A program made the translations under genes and the position numbers. Below the pieces are notes generated by a model. That model saw only the letters and a program-made list of their open reading frames with translations, searched no databases and had not been told where the DNA came from. A DNA stretch of 64,000 nucleotides, from positions 235,984 through 299,983 of IMG/VR virus record IMGVR_UViG_3300046787_000408; one strand, written 5' to 3'. Position 1 is the stretch's first letter, and each line of letters opens with the position of its first letter. This document shows positions 30,384-40,674 of the stretch, one piece after another.

Positions 30384-30603
30384 GACTTTCAAAGTCTATT
30401 CACTAATCAGACAGACTGGTCTGTTGCTGAACTATGTGTACGTGGCTGGTACCGGAGCGGTTCAATTTGGTCCAGGTTTTTATGCCACCCGGGACGAGGC
30501 CGAACACAGTAGAACACTGGAACTGCTCAAAGAAACTTCAGAAACTAGATCACACTTTCATGTGTTTGAGTTAGAAATTCCCAATCCTGCATATCGAGAA
30601 TAA
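30361..30603 (+). CDS. Hypothetical protein
   Basis: Operonic ORF with SD AAGGA. Confidence 0.55.
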   Translation: MESLKPPKTFKVYSLIRQTGLLLNYVYVAGTGAVQFGPGFYATRDEAEHSRTLELLKETSETRSHFHVFELEIPNPAYRE

Positions 30604-31275
30604 ATGAACATACTTTTCAACGGCGACTCCAACATGAGTGGAGAAGAATTAGACAATCGTGATCAATGCATGGCTGGTGTTATAGCCAGCCACTTTGGTG
30701 CTACTGCTACAAACATTGCAGTGAGTGGAGCCAGCAATGACTTGATATACAACAGCACCTTGGATTACATACACAATAATCCTGCGCCGGATCTTGTGGT
30801 AATTGGGTGGACTGAACATGGTCGTGAGCAATGGTACTTTGACGGTGAGTTTCACGAGATCAATCAACTGGACGTAGGACAACGTATTCCTGAGCAGTTT
30901 CGTCGCAGATATCAGTTCTGGAAAAATCACATTCAGAAAGAAGGCGAGTGGCACCGTGTGATGGGTTACTACTGGCACAACAAGATCTACAACTTGCACT
31001 TGATGCTGCAAGAGAAACAGATACCACACTTGTTTTTCAATGCGTTCAATGCATTTCAAGTCGAGAACCCAGCTGAATGGTTGCCTTGGCAGGATTGTTT
31101 TTTCCGTCCTTACCATCAAAACCTTTGTTATGTGAACTGGTGTAGCGAACGTGGCTTCAACGAAATCACTCCCGGGTGGCAACACTATGATGAAGCAGCC
31201 CATGCCGCATGGGGCAATACCATGATTGATTACATGAACAACCATCCTGCTTATGATACTATATGTAAACGGTGA
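30604..31275 (+). CDS. SGNH-hydrolase-like protein
   Basis: FNGDS, AVSGASN, C-terminal H..E.AH. Confidence 0.6.
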   Translation: MNILFNGDSNMSGEELDNRDQCMAGVIASHFGATATNIAVSGASNDLIYNSTLDYIHNNPAPDLVVIGWTEHGREQWYFDGEFHEINQLDVGQRIPEQFRRRYQFWKNHIQKEGEWHRVMGYYWHNKIYNLHLMLQEKQIPHLFFNAFNAFQVENPAEWLPWQDCFFRPYHQNLCYVNWCSERGFNEITPGWQHYDEAAHAAWGNTMIDYMNNHPAYDTICKR

Positions 31276-31981
31276 TAGTCACGCGGCTGCGGCTGAAGCA
31301 GTAAACCCTCATGGTTGGGCACAAGATGATGGTATGTTTTGGGGGCTAGGTAAACTACCACATCCTGACAACGAACGTGCAAGCTTTGGATGCGAGTTGG
31401 CCAACTGGTTACGAGCGATCCTGTACCTGGATGCACAAGCTGGCGGAAGCAATCGTCGTATTATACGTACCACTCGTGAGTGGTTGCTGACCCAAGAAGA
31501 TGTTAAAGATCTGTTTGTGGTATTGCAATGGTCAACTTGGGAACGAGAAGAGTGGTTTGATGGCAGCGATGATTGGGTGCAAGTAAACGCCAGCGGAGCT
31601 GATGAAGTTCCGGACCACTTCAAACAACGTTACAAAGAATACATTGCAGACATTGATTGGAAAAAATGTACCGAAAAAGCACATGAAACAATTTGGCAAT
31701 TCCATCAAGAGCTCAAGGCACAGGGAATTCGGCATGTGATGTTTAACGGAAACAATCATTTTGGTGATGCCCAAAACCGCTATGATTGGGAAAACTGCTA
31801 TATCAACCCGTACGATCCTGCTTACACATACAATAGTATACTTCGAGCAAAAGGGTTTAATACGGTCAATCCAAATAGTTGGCATTTTGGGCCAGATGCC
31901 CATTGCTTTTGGGGCGAATATCTGTTACAATACATCAAGACTAATCAACTACTTGAGCCACATGAAATACCTACTTATTGA
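31253..31981 (+). CDS. SGNH-hydrolase-like protein (paralog of the previous gene)
   Basis: VNGDSH, AQAGGSN, WHFGPDAH. Confidence 0.6.
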   Translation: MILYVNGDSHAAAAEAVNPHGWAQDDGMFWGLGKLPHPDNERASFGCELANWLRAILYLDAQAGGSNRRIIRTTREWLLTQEDVKDLFVVLQWSTWEREEWFDGSDDWVQVNASGADEVPDHFKQRYKEYIADIDWKKCTEKAHETIWQFHQELKAQGIRHVMFNGNNHFGDAQNRYDWENCYINPYDPAYTYNSILRAKGFNTVNPNSWHFGPDAHCFWGEYLLQYIKTNQLLEPHEIPTY

Positions 31982-33005
31982 CACTAGCAACATGTTTTTT
32001 CGTGCTCGACACCAGGCACACCGAGCAGCAGACACATGGACCAAGCTAGGGTTTGCGTTACACTTGACTATCATGAGTGCTAACAAAGTGGCACGTGATT
32101 TGGGTGCAGATCACGTGGTGTTCGCACTGGAAGGACGCAGCTGGCGCAAGGACTTTTACAAGCCCTACAAAGCCAACCGTGCTGTGGCACGTGGTGCAAT
32201 GACAGAAACTGAAGCAGAAGAAGACACGCTGTTCTGGGAAACCTACGATGCGCTGACTAAATACTTGTCTACGAAAACCAATTGCAGTGTGATCCGTTGC
32301 GCAACAGCCGAAGCGGATGACGTCATTGCACGTTGGATTGCATTACACCCCCAAGACGACCACACAATTGTAAGCACAGACTCAGATTTTGTGCAACTCG
32401 TGGCACCCAACGTGCGATTGTACAACGGTGTTAACGATCACTTGTTTAGTGTTGATGGTGTCAAAGACGGCAAGGGCAAGAATCTAAGTTTTACAATTGA
32501 AAGCAATTCAAAGATCAAAGTGGGCAAATCAGATCCTTACTTTATTGCACCTGTGGATTACCAAAAGTGGGTGTTGTTTTTGAAATGTGTACGTGGCGAT
32601 CCCGGTGACAATGTGTTCTCAGCATATCCAGGTGCCCCGGTAAAAGGTACAAAGAATCGTGTGGGCATTACAGAAGCATTTGAAGATCGTGGCAAAAAAG
32701 GCTATGCGTGGAACAACATGATGTTGCAACGTTGGACTGACCATGAGCAAGTAGAACACAAGGTGTTAGAAGATTACGAGCGTAACGTGGCTCTGATTGA
32801 CCTTACTGCACAACCGCAGGACATCAAAGATGTTGTAGACACAGCCATTCGCGAACAGGTAAGTCACAGAGACGTGGGCATGGTGGGTGCGCACTTTCTA
32901 AAGTTCTGTGGCAAGTACGAGTTAAACAAGCTCAGCGACCATGCAGATGCAGTGGGACGCTGGATGAACAATACATACAAAGGAGTATTAGATGATACAC
33001 GCTAA
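31962..33005 (+). CDS. 5'-3' exonuclease / T4 RNase H-like flap nuclease
   Basis: LIDTSN, YKANR, EADD, STDSDF, GDPGDN. Confidence 0.9.
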   Translation: MKYLLIDTSNMFFRARHQAHRAADTWTKLGFALHLTIMSANKVARDLGADHVVFALEGRSWRKDFYKPYKANRAVARGAMTETEAEEDTLFWETYDALTKYLSTKTNCSVIRCATAEADDVIARWIALHPQDDHTIVSTDSDFVQLVAPNVRLYNGVNDHLFSVDGVKDGKGKNLSFTIESNSKIKVGKSDPYFIAPVDYQKWVLFLKCVRGDPGDNVFSAYPGAPVKGTKNRVGITEAFEDRGKKGYAWNNMMLQRWTDHEQVEHKVLEDYERNVALIDLTAQPQDIKDVVDTAIREQVSHRDVGMVGAHFLKFCGKYELNKLSDHADAVGRWMNNTYKGVLDDTR

Positions 33006-33447
33006 ACCAGTGGTAGCCAATCAGTATTGGATCCTGAAGCAGGACGATCAAAAAGTAGGCAATATCCAGGCTGTAGATGATGGTTATCAAATTACTATTC
33101 GTAATAAAACTGCCAGCTACAAAACCATTCCCATGTTGAGAAATCGTGAGAATGTTGAATTTGAACCTGTTACAAAGAAACCCAAAGAACTTGGACATCA
33201 AGTTCACGGCTATGACACTGGATGTCGTGTGTACAATCCCATCTGGGATGTCAAACACAAATTACCATTGTTTACTACCAGCAACAAAAGCAAATCATGG
33301 TTTGCCGCAGGTTGGTACATGATCAAACAGCATCGTAACTGGCGTGCTGTGCAAAACCCCAAACTCATTGTACTTGAACGCTACAAGTATCAAGGTCCTT
33401 TTCACTCTAAAGAAGAAGCAAATGCAAATCAAAGTCAAGTCTCTTGA
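32992..33447 (+). CDS. Hypothetical protein
   Basis: SD AGGAG; operonic. Confidence 0.7.
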   Translation: MIHAKPVVANQYWILKQDDQKVGNIQAVDDGYQITIRNKTASYKTIPMLRNRENVEFEPVTKKPKELGHQVHGYDTGCRVYNPIWDVKHKLPLFTTSNKSKSWFAAGWYMIKQHRNWRAVQNPKLIVLERYKYQGPFHSKEEANANQSQVS

Positions 33448-33856
33448 TCCCCGGGCACAACTGCCCGTTTACGCCACCACAGGTGCTGCCTGTTTTGATA
33501 TCTGTACTATTTCAGACAACACTGATATCCTAACCGGAGACAGTGCAGTGTTCAAAACTGGCCTGAGCTTTGAGATTCCTGAAGGCCATGTCATGATGGT
33601 GTACAGCCGCAGTGGACACGGTTTCAAACAAGGCCTTCGTCTCAGCAACACCACTGGCATTATCGACTCAGACTATCGTGGCGAACTCATGGTCAAGTTG
33701 CACAACGACGGCGTCAAGACAGCGCACATTGCCGCAGGCGAGCGTATTGCACAAGGCATGATTGTTCCAGTACAGCAGGTGCAGTTTGCCTTGGTTGACG
33801 AATTGTCTGACACTGATCGCGGCACAGGCGGCCTGGGTAGTACAGGACGAGTATGA
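33422..33856 (+). CDS. dut: dUTPase
   Basis: AACFD, SRSG, GIIDSDYRGE, RIAQ, RGTGGLGSTG. Confidence 0.95.
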   Translation: MQIKVKSLDPRAQLPVYATTGAACFDICTISDNTDILTGDSAVFKTGLSFEIPEGHVMMVYSRSGHGFKQGLRLSNTTGIIDSDYRGELMVKLHNDGVKTAHIAAGERIAQGMIVPVQQVQFALVDELSDTDRGTGGLGSTGRV

Positions 33857-34149
33857 CCAACGCTGAACAGTTAAAACAGATCAAGGCATACTCAGACGAG
33901 TTGCTCAATGATCCAGTGAGACTCAAAGCGTTCATGCGCAAAGTAATGGGACCGCCTAGGCGTACACTAGAGGGTGCAGAACGTGAGCAAGTGCTGACCA
34001 TGTTGGCCTTGATTGGTCCTTCTGTGACTACCAACAACCAGCACTCGTGGTCAGAAGATTATGTACAAGGTGGTCAGCACTGGTGTGTAACTTACTTTCC
34101 CAATGAAGAACCTGTAGTAGAGGAGATTGAGCGTGACCTTGATCAATGA
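33853..34149 (+). CDS. Hypothetical protein
   Basis: ATGA overlap. Confidence 0.6.
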   Translation: MTNAEQLKQIKAYSDELLNDPVRLKAFMRKVMGPPRRTLEGAEREQVLTMLALIGPSVTTNNQHSWSEDYVQGGQHWCVTYFPNEEPVVEEIERDLDQ

Positions 34150-34273
34150 CGAATACAACGACTGTTGGGTCTGGGTTGAAGACAACAATCATGACCTAGA
34201 GCTTAGTCCGCACTTTGACTACGAAGAAGACGCTATTCAATGGCGTGATCGTTTGAAAGACATGTTGAAATGA
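34133..34273 (+). CDS. Small hypothetical protein (46 aa, GTG start)
   Basis: SD GGAG; fills the gap and ends in an ATGA overlap. Confidence 0.5.
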   Translation: MTLINDEYNDCWVWVEDNNHDLELSPHFDYEEDAIQWRDRLKDMLK

Positions 34274-34614
34274 GTACACAAGTCAATATTGAGTTTGACG
34301 CTGATCCTGATTACAACAAAGTGATCACGGTGCATAGAGGTGAGTTTACCATGGAAGACTGGGTGGCCACTCTTGATCAACAAGAACAACAAGAGTGGCG
34401 TCGGCAGCACGACATCCATGAAGCTGCTGTACATGCCGCAGTAGCCGCAGGTGACGCAGAAGTACACACGCCTGATCCAAAAAATGCCACCATCAAGTGG
34501 CGAAATCAAGAGATTCACTTGAAGTGGATGAACACCATCAGCGCTGAAGACAATGCCAGTTACCATAGCTTTTGGGCTAGATACCACGCCGCAATGGCTG
34601 AAAGAAACACATGA
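34270..34614 (+). CDS. Hypothetical protein
   Basis: Operonic ORF. Confidence 0.6.
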   Translation: MSTQVNIEFDADPDYNKVITVHRGEFTMEDWVATLDQQEQQEWRRQHDIHEAAVHAAVAAGDAEVHTPDPKNATIKWRNQEIHLKWMNTISAEDNASYHSFWARYHAAMAERNT

Positions 34615-34817
34615 GTCTACATATCAACCGATTTATTGATCTAATCAAAGCGCAGGAAAGTCGCGGCGGTCGCGACATCAATATGAGTCTCAAAGATGCT
34701 AAAGATCTACATGCTGATATTACCAAACTGCTACTAGTACTAGAATCCTTGAGAAGTCAGCACAATACTCCACGCGACGAAGTTATCAAAGTAGAACTTA
34801 CTGGTGGTACATTTTAA
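34611..34817 (+). CDS. Hypothetical protein
   Basis: ATGA overlap. Confidence 0.6.
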   Translation: MSLHINRFIDLIKAQESRGGRDINMSLKDAKDLHADITKLLLVLESLRSQHNTPRDEVIKVELTGGTF

Positions 34818-34855
34818 AACGGCGTAGTTTTTGGCTAAATAAAACTAGGAGTTTA

Positions 34856-35155
34856 ATGATGTCAAGACCAAAACCCAGTGTGCTAATTGAGCATACACAC
34901 AAACAAACCTACAAGACTGAGCAAGTGCTGGCGTCTGAAGGAGTATGGGCGGTGTTCTACGATACCAAGCCTATCAACCTAAAGACCAGCAATTTGCTGA
35001 CTCAGTACCCTGGCCCCAAGTACAAAAAAGTATCGTTTAGCAATCCAGGGCATGCTATTAATCTAGCTCGCAAACTCAACACACAGTTCAAGACTGACAA
35101 ATTTAGTGTGGTGTTATTGACTCACGGGGCTCAGGTATTCCCCAATGTTCAGTAA
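34856..35155 (+). CDS. Hypothetical phage protein
   Basis: TAAATA and SD AGGAG upstream. Confidence 0.7.
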   Translation: MMSRPKPSVLIEHTHKQTYKTEQVLASEGVWAVFYDTKPINLKTSNLLTQYPGPKYKKVSFSNPGHAINLARKLNTQFKTDKFSVVLLTHGAQVFPNVQ

Positions 35156-35507
35156 ACAGCAAATTACTCAAGCTGTGCTGGGGTTGGTCACTGGAGACTT
35201 TAGGCCAACCCTAGATCAAGCACTACAACAATGGTGGAAGGATCCACGGGACGATACGGGTCTTAGGCTCAGTGCTGAAGGACTGTTTGTTTTTGGGCTA
35301 ACTGAAATTGTTTACCACAAATTTCCAGTACCACCTGGCATTCATGCCAAAGCTGCTACCTTGTTGACGCTGGATCGCAAAATGACCTGTCCTTACTATC
35401 TCACACAAGGCAAATCACCAGAGATCTATATCTATGGTGGTAAAGAAGCCACCATGTTTGCTCTGTACGGAGATGTAGAAAAGTTCTTACGGGGTATAGC
35501 TGGGTAA
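35145..35507 (+). CDS. Hypothetical protein
   Basis: Operonic ORF. Confidence 0.65.
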   Translation: MFSKQQITQAVLGLVTGDFRPTLDQALQQWWKDPRDDTGLRLSAEGLFVFGLTEIVYHKFPVPPGIHAKAATLLTLDRKMTCPYYLTQGKSPEIYIYGGKEATMFALYGDVEKFLRGIAG

Positions 35508-36473
35508 CAGCTGATCAGCTAGTGCATGAGCTTGCACTACAAATTCTCTTTCCATTCGATCAGGCAGACCCCATAATGCCCATTCTCGGTTGCGTTCCAG
35601 TCTGCGTCGATAAGGCGTTAAATCAATTCGCCCTTGAATAAGATCGCGATTCAAGATCAGCGCTTGTTCAGCTCGTTCTAGTCCTAGATCATTGCTAATG
35701 GTGTCATAGCTGGTGTCAACTAGATCATCAAACATGTCAAACCCCATGCGGCGGCAATGCTCCACAATACCGGGATGGCCAATCACTATAGGTATCTGTT
35801 CCGCAGCAAATGCCATTAAAGTTTTTTCTGTCACAATACCAGTAGGATCAAAGTACTGAGTCTCGGTTACTATGTTAACAGCTGAACTACTGTACACATA
35901 GGACAGGGCCAAAAAGTTTGGATAATTTTCGCAGCCAAAGTAATTGCTGTAGTCAAATTCAGGCAAGGGTATTTCTGTGCCAAGACTCAGCCAGTTATTA
36001 TCGCCGCCCCAACTTTTTAATGTATATGCAACCCTGCTGCGATTCACACAGATTCTGCCATTTAGACACTGCCATGCATGGGTACGTGGTTGTGTCAACA
36101 TGTGGCGCCACTCGTCAAAGCCTGCAGCCAGGGCGTTGCAAAGGTCATAGTTGTGGTTGCTGAACTTGATAAGATTGATAGGACCAGAATAAAATTTGTC
36201 CAGATCAGCAGTCCAGTACGTGACTAGAACTTGCTTGGAATGTTCGCCGTAAAAACGTTCTATGGTTTCTAGCTCTAGCCATTTTCCGTCCCTAAAAGTA
36301 ATAAAATCAGTAAAGTGCAATACTACTAGAGTATTGGGAGTAAACTCAGCAACTGGCAAATTCAACGGCCATCCTGTGTTGTAATCGTAATCACCGCAGG
36401 TGACCTGATACCGAGTCACTAGGTCAAAGCCCATTGGTCCCAGTGTTTGATTGATAAAGTGTGCAAAATTCAT
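35487..36473 (-). CDS. Hypothetical protein, possibly glycosyltransferase-like
   Basis: NIVTET...TEKT...GFDMFDDLVDTSYD shared with 37134-38219; TAAATA upstream on minus strand. Confidence 0.65.
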   Translation of the reverse strand: MNFAHFINQTLGPMGFDLVTRYQVTCGDYDYNTGWPLNLPVAEFTPNTLVVLHFTDFITFRDGKWLELETIERFYGEHSKQVLVTYWTADLDKFYSGPINLIKFSNHNYDLCNALAAGFDEWRHMLTQPRTHAWQCLNGRICVNRSRVAYTLKSWGGDNNWLSLGTEIPLPEFDYSNYFGCENYPNFLALSYVYSSSAVNIVTETQYFDPTGIVTEKTLMAFAAEQIPIVIGHPGIVEHCRRMGFDMFDDLVDTSYDTISNDLGLERAEQALILNRDLIQGRIDLTPYRRRLERNREWALWGLPDRMEREFVVQAHALADQLLPSYTP

Positions 36474-36501
36474 GTTGTGGTATTTACTCTGTAAATACTA
36501 C

Positions 36502-37146
36502 ATGCAACTCACAATTGAACAAGCTCTGGGCGCAGAATATCTTATGTTTTATCATGCAGCATGGCCAGTGGATCTATTGCAGCCAGTATGTACATTGCCC
36601 CAATGTGTTGCTGCTGTGAACCATGACATGGCCACAAAAGGCAAAGATCTACAGCAATGGAACAGTGTTCAGCAAGATGCAGTAGCAAGACTAATGTGGG
36701 TGAACTGGATCTATCAACGACTGGGCGCGGAGCCCATACGCAAGCCTGTACTCACACACTGGCACCTTGGGCAACACATAGTGGACTGTGGGGACACACG
36801 ATTGATGGCCTTGAATCTATTGTTGGACCCAGGAACTGTAGGAGTTGCAGTCACAGTGCCCGTGGAACATGCTGATCAATTTGGTGACTGGGATCCAATA
36901 CGCACCAATCAAGACTTGATTCAAGTTACTGGGTTTGGTAATACTGCTCAAGTCTTGCTTCGTTCTGGAACTGAGCAGGCCATTGAGTGGTTGGAGATTG
37001 GTGATCACACCACTGCTCATCACTTGCATTCTGTTGATCAGCGTGTGGGCATGATGCAGAATTACTTGAACCAGCAGTCTGCAGATTTTGAATTCTCAGT
37101 AGACTGGGCCCGCAGCTATATCAACTGGACAAATTATGCCAGTTGA
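36502..37146 (+). CDS. Hypothetical protein
   Basis: Divergent TAAATA just upstream of ATG. Confidence 0.6.
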   Translation: MQLTIEQALGAEYLMFYHAAWPVDLLQPVCTLPQCVAAVNHDMATKGKDLQQWNSVQQDAVARLMWVNWIYQRLGAEPIRKPVLTHWHLGQHIVDCGDTRLMALNLLLDPGTVGVAVTVPVEHADQFGDWDPIRTNQDLIQVTGFGNTAQVLLRSGTEQAIEWLEIGDHTTAHHLHSVDQRVGMMQNYLNQQSADFEFSVDWARSYINWTNYAS

Positions 37147-38219
37147 TTCATGTGTTGCTGCTGCCATGTGTCAAAGTCTCGTGGCCATTGTTGTTTAAAC
37201 GAAGCCAGTAATGCCTGATTGTGTGCAGCCGCCTGACTGCATCTCTGAGCAATTGTTGCAGGATCAGCAGTACGCATGTCGTTGACCACTCGCATGCTTT
37301 TCCAAACAAAAATGTTGTTTTTGTTTTCTACTTCCTTGAGACGGTCATAATGATTGTGATCAATAATGTCTCGCATGCAATCAAACCCCAGGCTTTCAAG
37401 ATAAGCCACACCGTATCGTCCCATGTATGCAGTCCATGGACTAGGCGAAACCAGCAAGCGAAATATCTTTTCGCTAAGTGCTACTGAGTTGTCACTGCTG
37501 TAGGTTTCACATTCAATGTTGGTGTAACTGCGAGTGTATATTTCGTCGTGTTCTAGTTCATGATTGCGCAGGGGAATTTGTGGCGCAACCAGTTTGAAAC
37601 TGGCTGACCAAAATTCTCGATCTTCCACAGACAAGTTTTCCCAAAAATCTGCAAAGTTCACTGCTAGTTGTTCAGGCGCTTCTAGTTCTCGACGCCCAAT
37701 GGTTCGTTGTGCATTGAAGTTTACATGGCCCTTGTGCAAGTGAGCTCGCTTGGCTATTTCCAGCATGAGTTTGAATCTACGTGTGTCTATACGATTCACA
37801 CTGAAAGTAAAATGTCGTTCAGGTTGCCATACTCGTGGTTGCGGAGCATAACTGTAGATTCCGTAGAAGCTGGCCGGCAAACGCCACACACGATATTGAG
37901 TAGGGCAAGTGATATAGTTGTCAGTGATCACTGTGGTGTTCTTGTCCCACAAGTAAGGCAGGTCCACATGATAGTCACTACTGCAACTGCGAATGTCGTC
38001 TACCAAACATACCACAACTTGTTGATCTCCACGACGCCAAACTCTGCGATCCACACCTTGACTCTGAGCTGAATTGTCAATGGGTTCGTAACCCAGGTTG
38101 GAGAGAGCATTGGTAAAATAAGTGGCTGTGGCTTCTTCTTGCTGAAGGCACTGACTGTGTTGCCATATCTCATCGTCGTATATGAATTTTTTGGTGTGCG
38201 GATCAAGGTTTGTGGTCAT
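37134..38219 (-). CDS. Hypothetical protein, paralog of 35487-36473
   Basis: NIECET...SEKI...GFDCMRDIIDHNHYD. Confidence 0.65.
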   Translation of the reverse strand: MTTNLDPHTKKFIYDDEIWQHSQCLQQEEATATYFTNALSNLGYEPIDNSAQSQGVDRRVWRRGDQQVVVCLVDDIRSCSSDYHVDLPYLWDKNTTVITDNYITCPTQYRVWRLPASFYGIYSYAPQPRVWQPERHFTFSVNRIDTRRFKLMLEIAKRAHLHKGHVNFNAQRTIGRRELEAPEQLAVNFADFWENLSVEDREFWSASFKLVAPQIPLRNHELEHDEIYTRSYTNIECETYSSDNSVALSEKIFRLLVSPSPWTAYMGRYGVAYLESLGFDCMRDIIDHNHYDRLKEVENKNNIFVWKSMRVVNDMRTADPATIAQRCSQAAAHNQALLASFKQQWPRDFDTWQQQHMNQLA

Positions 38220-38316
38220 TCAAATACTTACCGGTTGATGTTTTGGTTGACCAAATAATCCAGATCGCTTATACTGTAATTGTAGTAGTTGATAACCCAG
38301 GCGAAAGGAGCTCAAA

Positions 38317-38511
38317 ATGGCAGAAGTCAAACTTTCCGGACTGTATAAAGTCACAGTAACTGAATATGAGCGGGGTTGGGGACAACGTGTTGACCCCAAT
38401 GATACCCGGTTCTTTACTACACTGCCCGAAGCTGAAGCTTACAAAGCTCGTTGGGAAACAGGCGGTAACCCTGATTATTACTGGCGTGCTGAAATCCAAA
38501 AAGTAAGCTAA
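38317..38511 (+). CDS. Small early protein
   Basis: sigma70-like promoter (TTGACC...TATACT) and SD AGGAG upstream. Confidence 0.65.
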   Translation: MAEVKLSGLYKVTVTEYERGWGQRVDPNDTRFFTTLPEAEAYKARWETGGNPDYYWRAEIQKVS

Positions 38512-38563
38512 AGTATACACCAGGTAGTACTACAAAAGTACTACCTTTTTCATGTGCAAAAAC

Positions 38564-38602
38564 GGTTGACCAAAAATGCCCAATTTGCTATAATATACAC
38601 AT
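38564..38602 (+). repeat. Early sigma70 promoter module, copy 1
   Basis: GGTTGACCAAAAATGCCCAATTTGCTATAATATACACAT, 35/39 identical to 42121-42159; preceded by a GTAGTAC/GTACTAC hairpin with T-tract. Confidence 0.8.
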
Positions 38603-38939
38603 GAACACAAAAACAGTAACCCGTAAAAAGCGCTCAGATCGTACTCACATCATTTACATGATTGAGTCGGGCTCTGACTTCTATATTGGTGTTACTGCTA
38701 AAACTGCATCAACTGTGAAACTGAGTGTTATGACTCGTTGCCGCAAGCACCTGTATCGTTCACGTAGCGAAGACAAGAGCTGGATGCTGTACGAAACCAT
38801 GCGTGAGCGTGGTGTTGGTGAGTTCACTGTGCGTGTTTTGGATGTGGTGCGCGGCAAGACTCAAGCCCACAACCTGGAGCGTGGCTTGATCCGTGAGATG
38901 AAGCCAAATTTGAACACAGACGTGCGTGGTGTTGCATAA
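38601..38939 (+). CDS. GIY-YIG-like nuclease-domain protein (probably leaderless mRNA)
   Basis: IIYMIESGSDFYIGVT; E...I....P.LN. Confidence 0.6.
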   Translation: MNTKTVTRKKRSDRTHIIYMIESGSDFYIGVTAKTASTVKLSVMTRCRKHLYRSRSEDKSWMLYETMRERGVGEFTVRVLDVVRGKTQAHNLERGLIREMKPNLNTDVRGVA

Positions 38940-38951
38940 GGAACAATCAAA

Positions 38952-39179
38952 ATGAGAACACAATTACAAGCCGAAATGAAACGCATTCGTGACCTGTTGC
39001 CCACAGAGTTGTTTGAAGGCAGCAAGGACTGGCGCGAAGGCAATACAGTTGAACGCATTGAATGGCTGCTTTCCATGTACGAAAGTTCAAAGCAAGAAGT
39101 TGAGCGTTTGGAAAAGTTGGTCGACGATATTGAAGATGATCTTGCTACCGAAAGGCAGTTTAACTTTGATCGGACTTGA
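38952..39179 (+). CDS. Hypothetical coiled-coil protein
   Basis: SD AAGGA. Confidence 0.6.
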   Translation: MRTQLQAEMKRIRDLLPTELFEGSKDWREGNTVERIEWLLSMYESSKQEVERLEKLVDDIEDDLATERQFNFDRT

Positions 39180-39263
39180 CAAATAATACTAAAGGTGTTA
39201 TACTAAGACTAAATACAAAGCAACGAGATAGACTCCGAGCACATTTATACAAAGGATTTTTGT

Positions 39264-39620
39264 ATGCCAAAAGCAACTACATTCACCATCAAAAAAGCCT
39301 ATGCACTGAGTGCAATAGACAAAGCAGGCAAGCGTGTCTATTACGACACTGACTCACACAGCGGCGGCTATCCATACTGGAGCCCGTACTTCAACCAACA
39401 CAAGACTTGGGAATCGCTGGGCAAGATTCCAACATTCTCCAGCACAGACTACATGCGTCGAGATGTTACAGTCATCGAAGCACTTGAAGTTAAAATTCAA
39501 GCCAAGGTAGTTTCTACTACTGAAATCGTTTCAGAAGCACGAGCAAAGGCCATGGCAGAGATTGCCAAAATTGAACAAGAACTGCGCCGCAAAGTCGCCA
39601 TGTTGGAAGGTACAAAATGA
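39264..39620 (+). CDS. Hypothetical protein
   Basis: sigma70 promoter TTGACA-17-TATACT upstream; ATGA overlap with nadM. Confidence 0.65.
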   Translation: MPKATTFTIKKAYALSAIDKAGKRVYYDTDSHSGGYPYWSPYFNQHKTWESLGKIPTFSSTDYMRRDVTVIEALEVKIQAKVVSTTEIVSEARAKAMAEIAKIEQELRRKVAMLEGTK

Positions 39621-40633
39621 AAAAATACGATACCTTGGTCCTTATTGGACGCTTTCAACCTTTTCATAACGCTCACTTGGAGATTGTCAAGCGTGCCACC
39701 GCACTTTGCGATCGGCTGATTATTGTTGTTGGTAGTTCGCGCCAACCACGCACTTACAAGAATCCATTTACGTTCGAAGAACGTGCGCGAATGATTCGCG
39801 AAGCTACCATGGGCCTTAGCTTGCAGATTGCCATTGAACCCAACACTGATACTATCTATAACGATCAAGCCTGGGCAGTTCGTGTACAGCAAATTGTGGC
39901 ACAACACACCAAGTCCGGCGAACGTGTGGGTATCATTGGTCACAAAAAAGACGACAGCAGTTTCTACCTTGACATGTTCCCACAGTGGGGTTACGAAGAT
40001 GTCGAGCTGGTAGAATTCCTTAGTGCCGTTGATGTACGTGACTTGTATTTCAAATGGACTTTTAACAGCAACTTTATCAAGAACGTTGTTCCTGAATCAG
40101 CTTATGATTTCTTAATGGCCTTTCGCCAAACTGAAGAGTTTGCACAGACCATTCGTGAACGCGAGTTCATTGCAGAACACAATAAACAGTATGCAGGCCT
40201 CAAGTATCCTCCAATTTTTTCGACTGCTGATGCAGTTGTGATTTGTTCAGGTCATGTGTTGATGATCAAACGCCGTGCCGAGCCAGGTCGAGGTTTATGG
40301 GCACTGCCCGGTGGCTATGTCAATGCTCGAACTGACAAGTCGGTAGAAGATGCGGCTATCCGTGAACTACGCGAAGAAACTATGATCAAAGTACCAGCTC
40401 CAGTTTTGCGTGGTAGCATTCAACGCAGTAAGGTGTTCGATGCTATCGACCGTAGCCCAAGAGGACGTATTATTACTCATGCGTTTCACATTCAATTACC
40501 CGACGGCGAACTGCCTAAGGTAAAAGGAAGCGATGACGCTGAAAAGGCACGGTGGGTGCCTATTGCAGAAGTCCGGTCGGAGGACTGCTTTGAAGACCAC
40601 TACGAAATCCTGCAACATTTTGTAGGTGCCTAA
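39617..40633 (+). CDS. nadM: Bifunctional NMN adenylyltransferase / NUDIX ADP-ribose pyrophosphatase
   Basis: GRFQPFHNAH, KNPFTFEER; Nudix box WALPGG...AAIRELREET; GSDDA. Confidence 0.93.
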   Translation: MKKYDTLVLIGRFQPFHNAHLEIVKRATALCDRLIIVVGSSRQPRTYKNPFTFEERARMIREATMGLSLQIAIEPNTDTIYNDQAWAVRVQQIVAQHTKSGERVGIIGHKKDDSSFYLDMFPQWGYEDVELVEFLSAVDVRDLYFKWTFNSNFIKNVVPESAYDFLMAFRQTEEFAQTIREREFIAEHNKQYAGLKYPPIFSTADAVVICSGHVLMIKRRAEPGRGLWALPGGYVNARTDKSVEDAAIRELREETMIKVPAPVLRGSIQRSKVFDAIDRSPRGRIITHAFHIQLPDGELPKVKGSDDAEKARWVPIAEVRSEDCFEDHYEILQHFVGA

Positions 40634-40674
40634 GCGATAGACGCAAAGGCTTTTAACTTTAAAGGAACTTTAAA

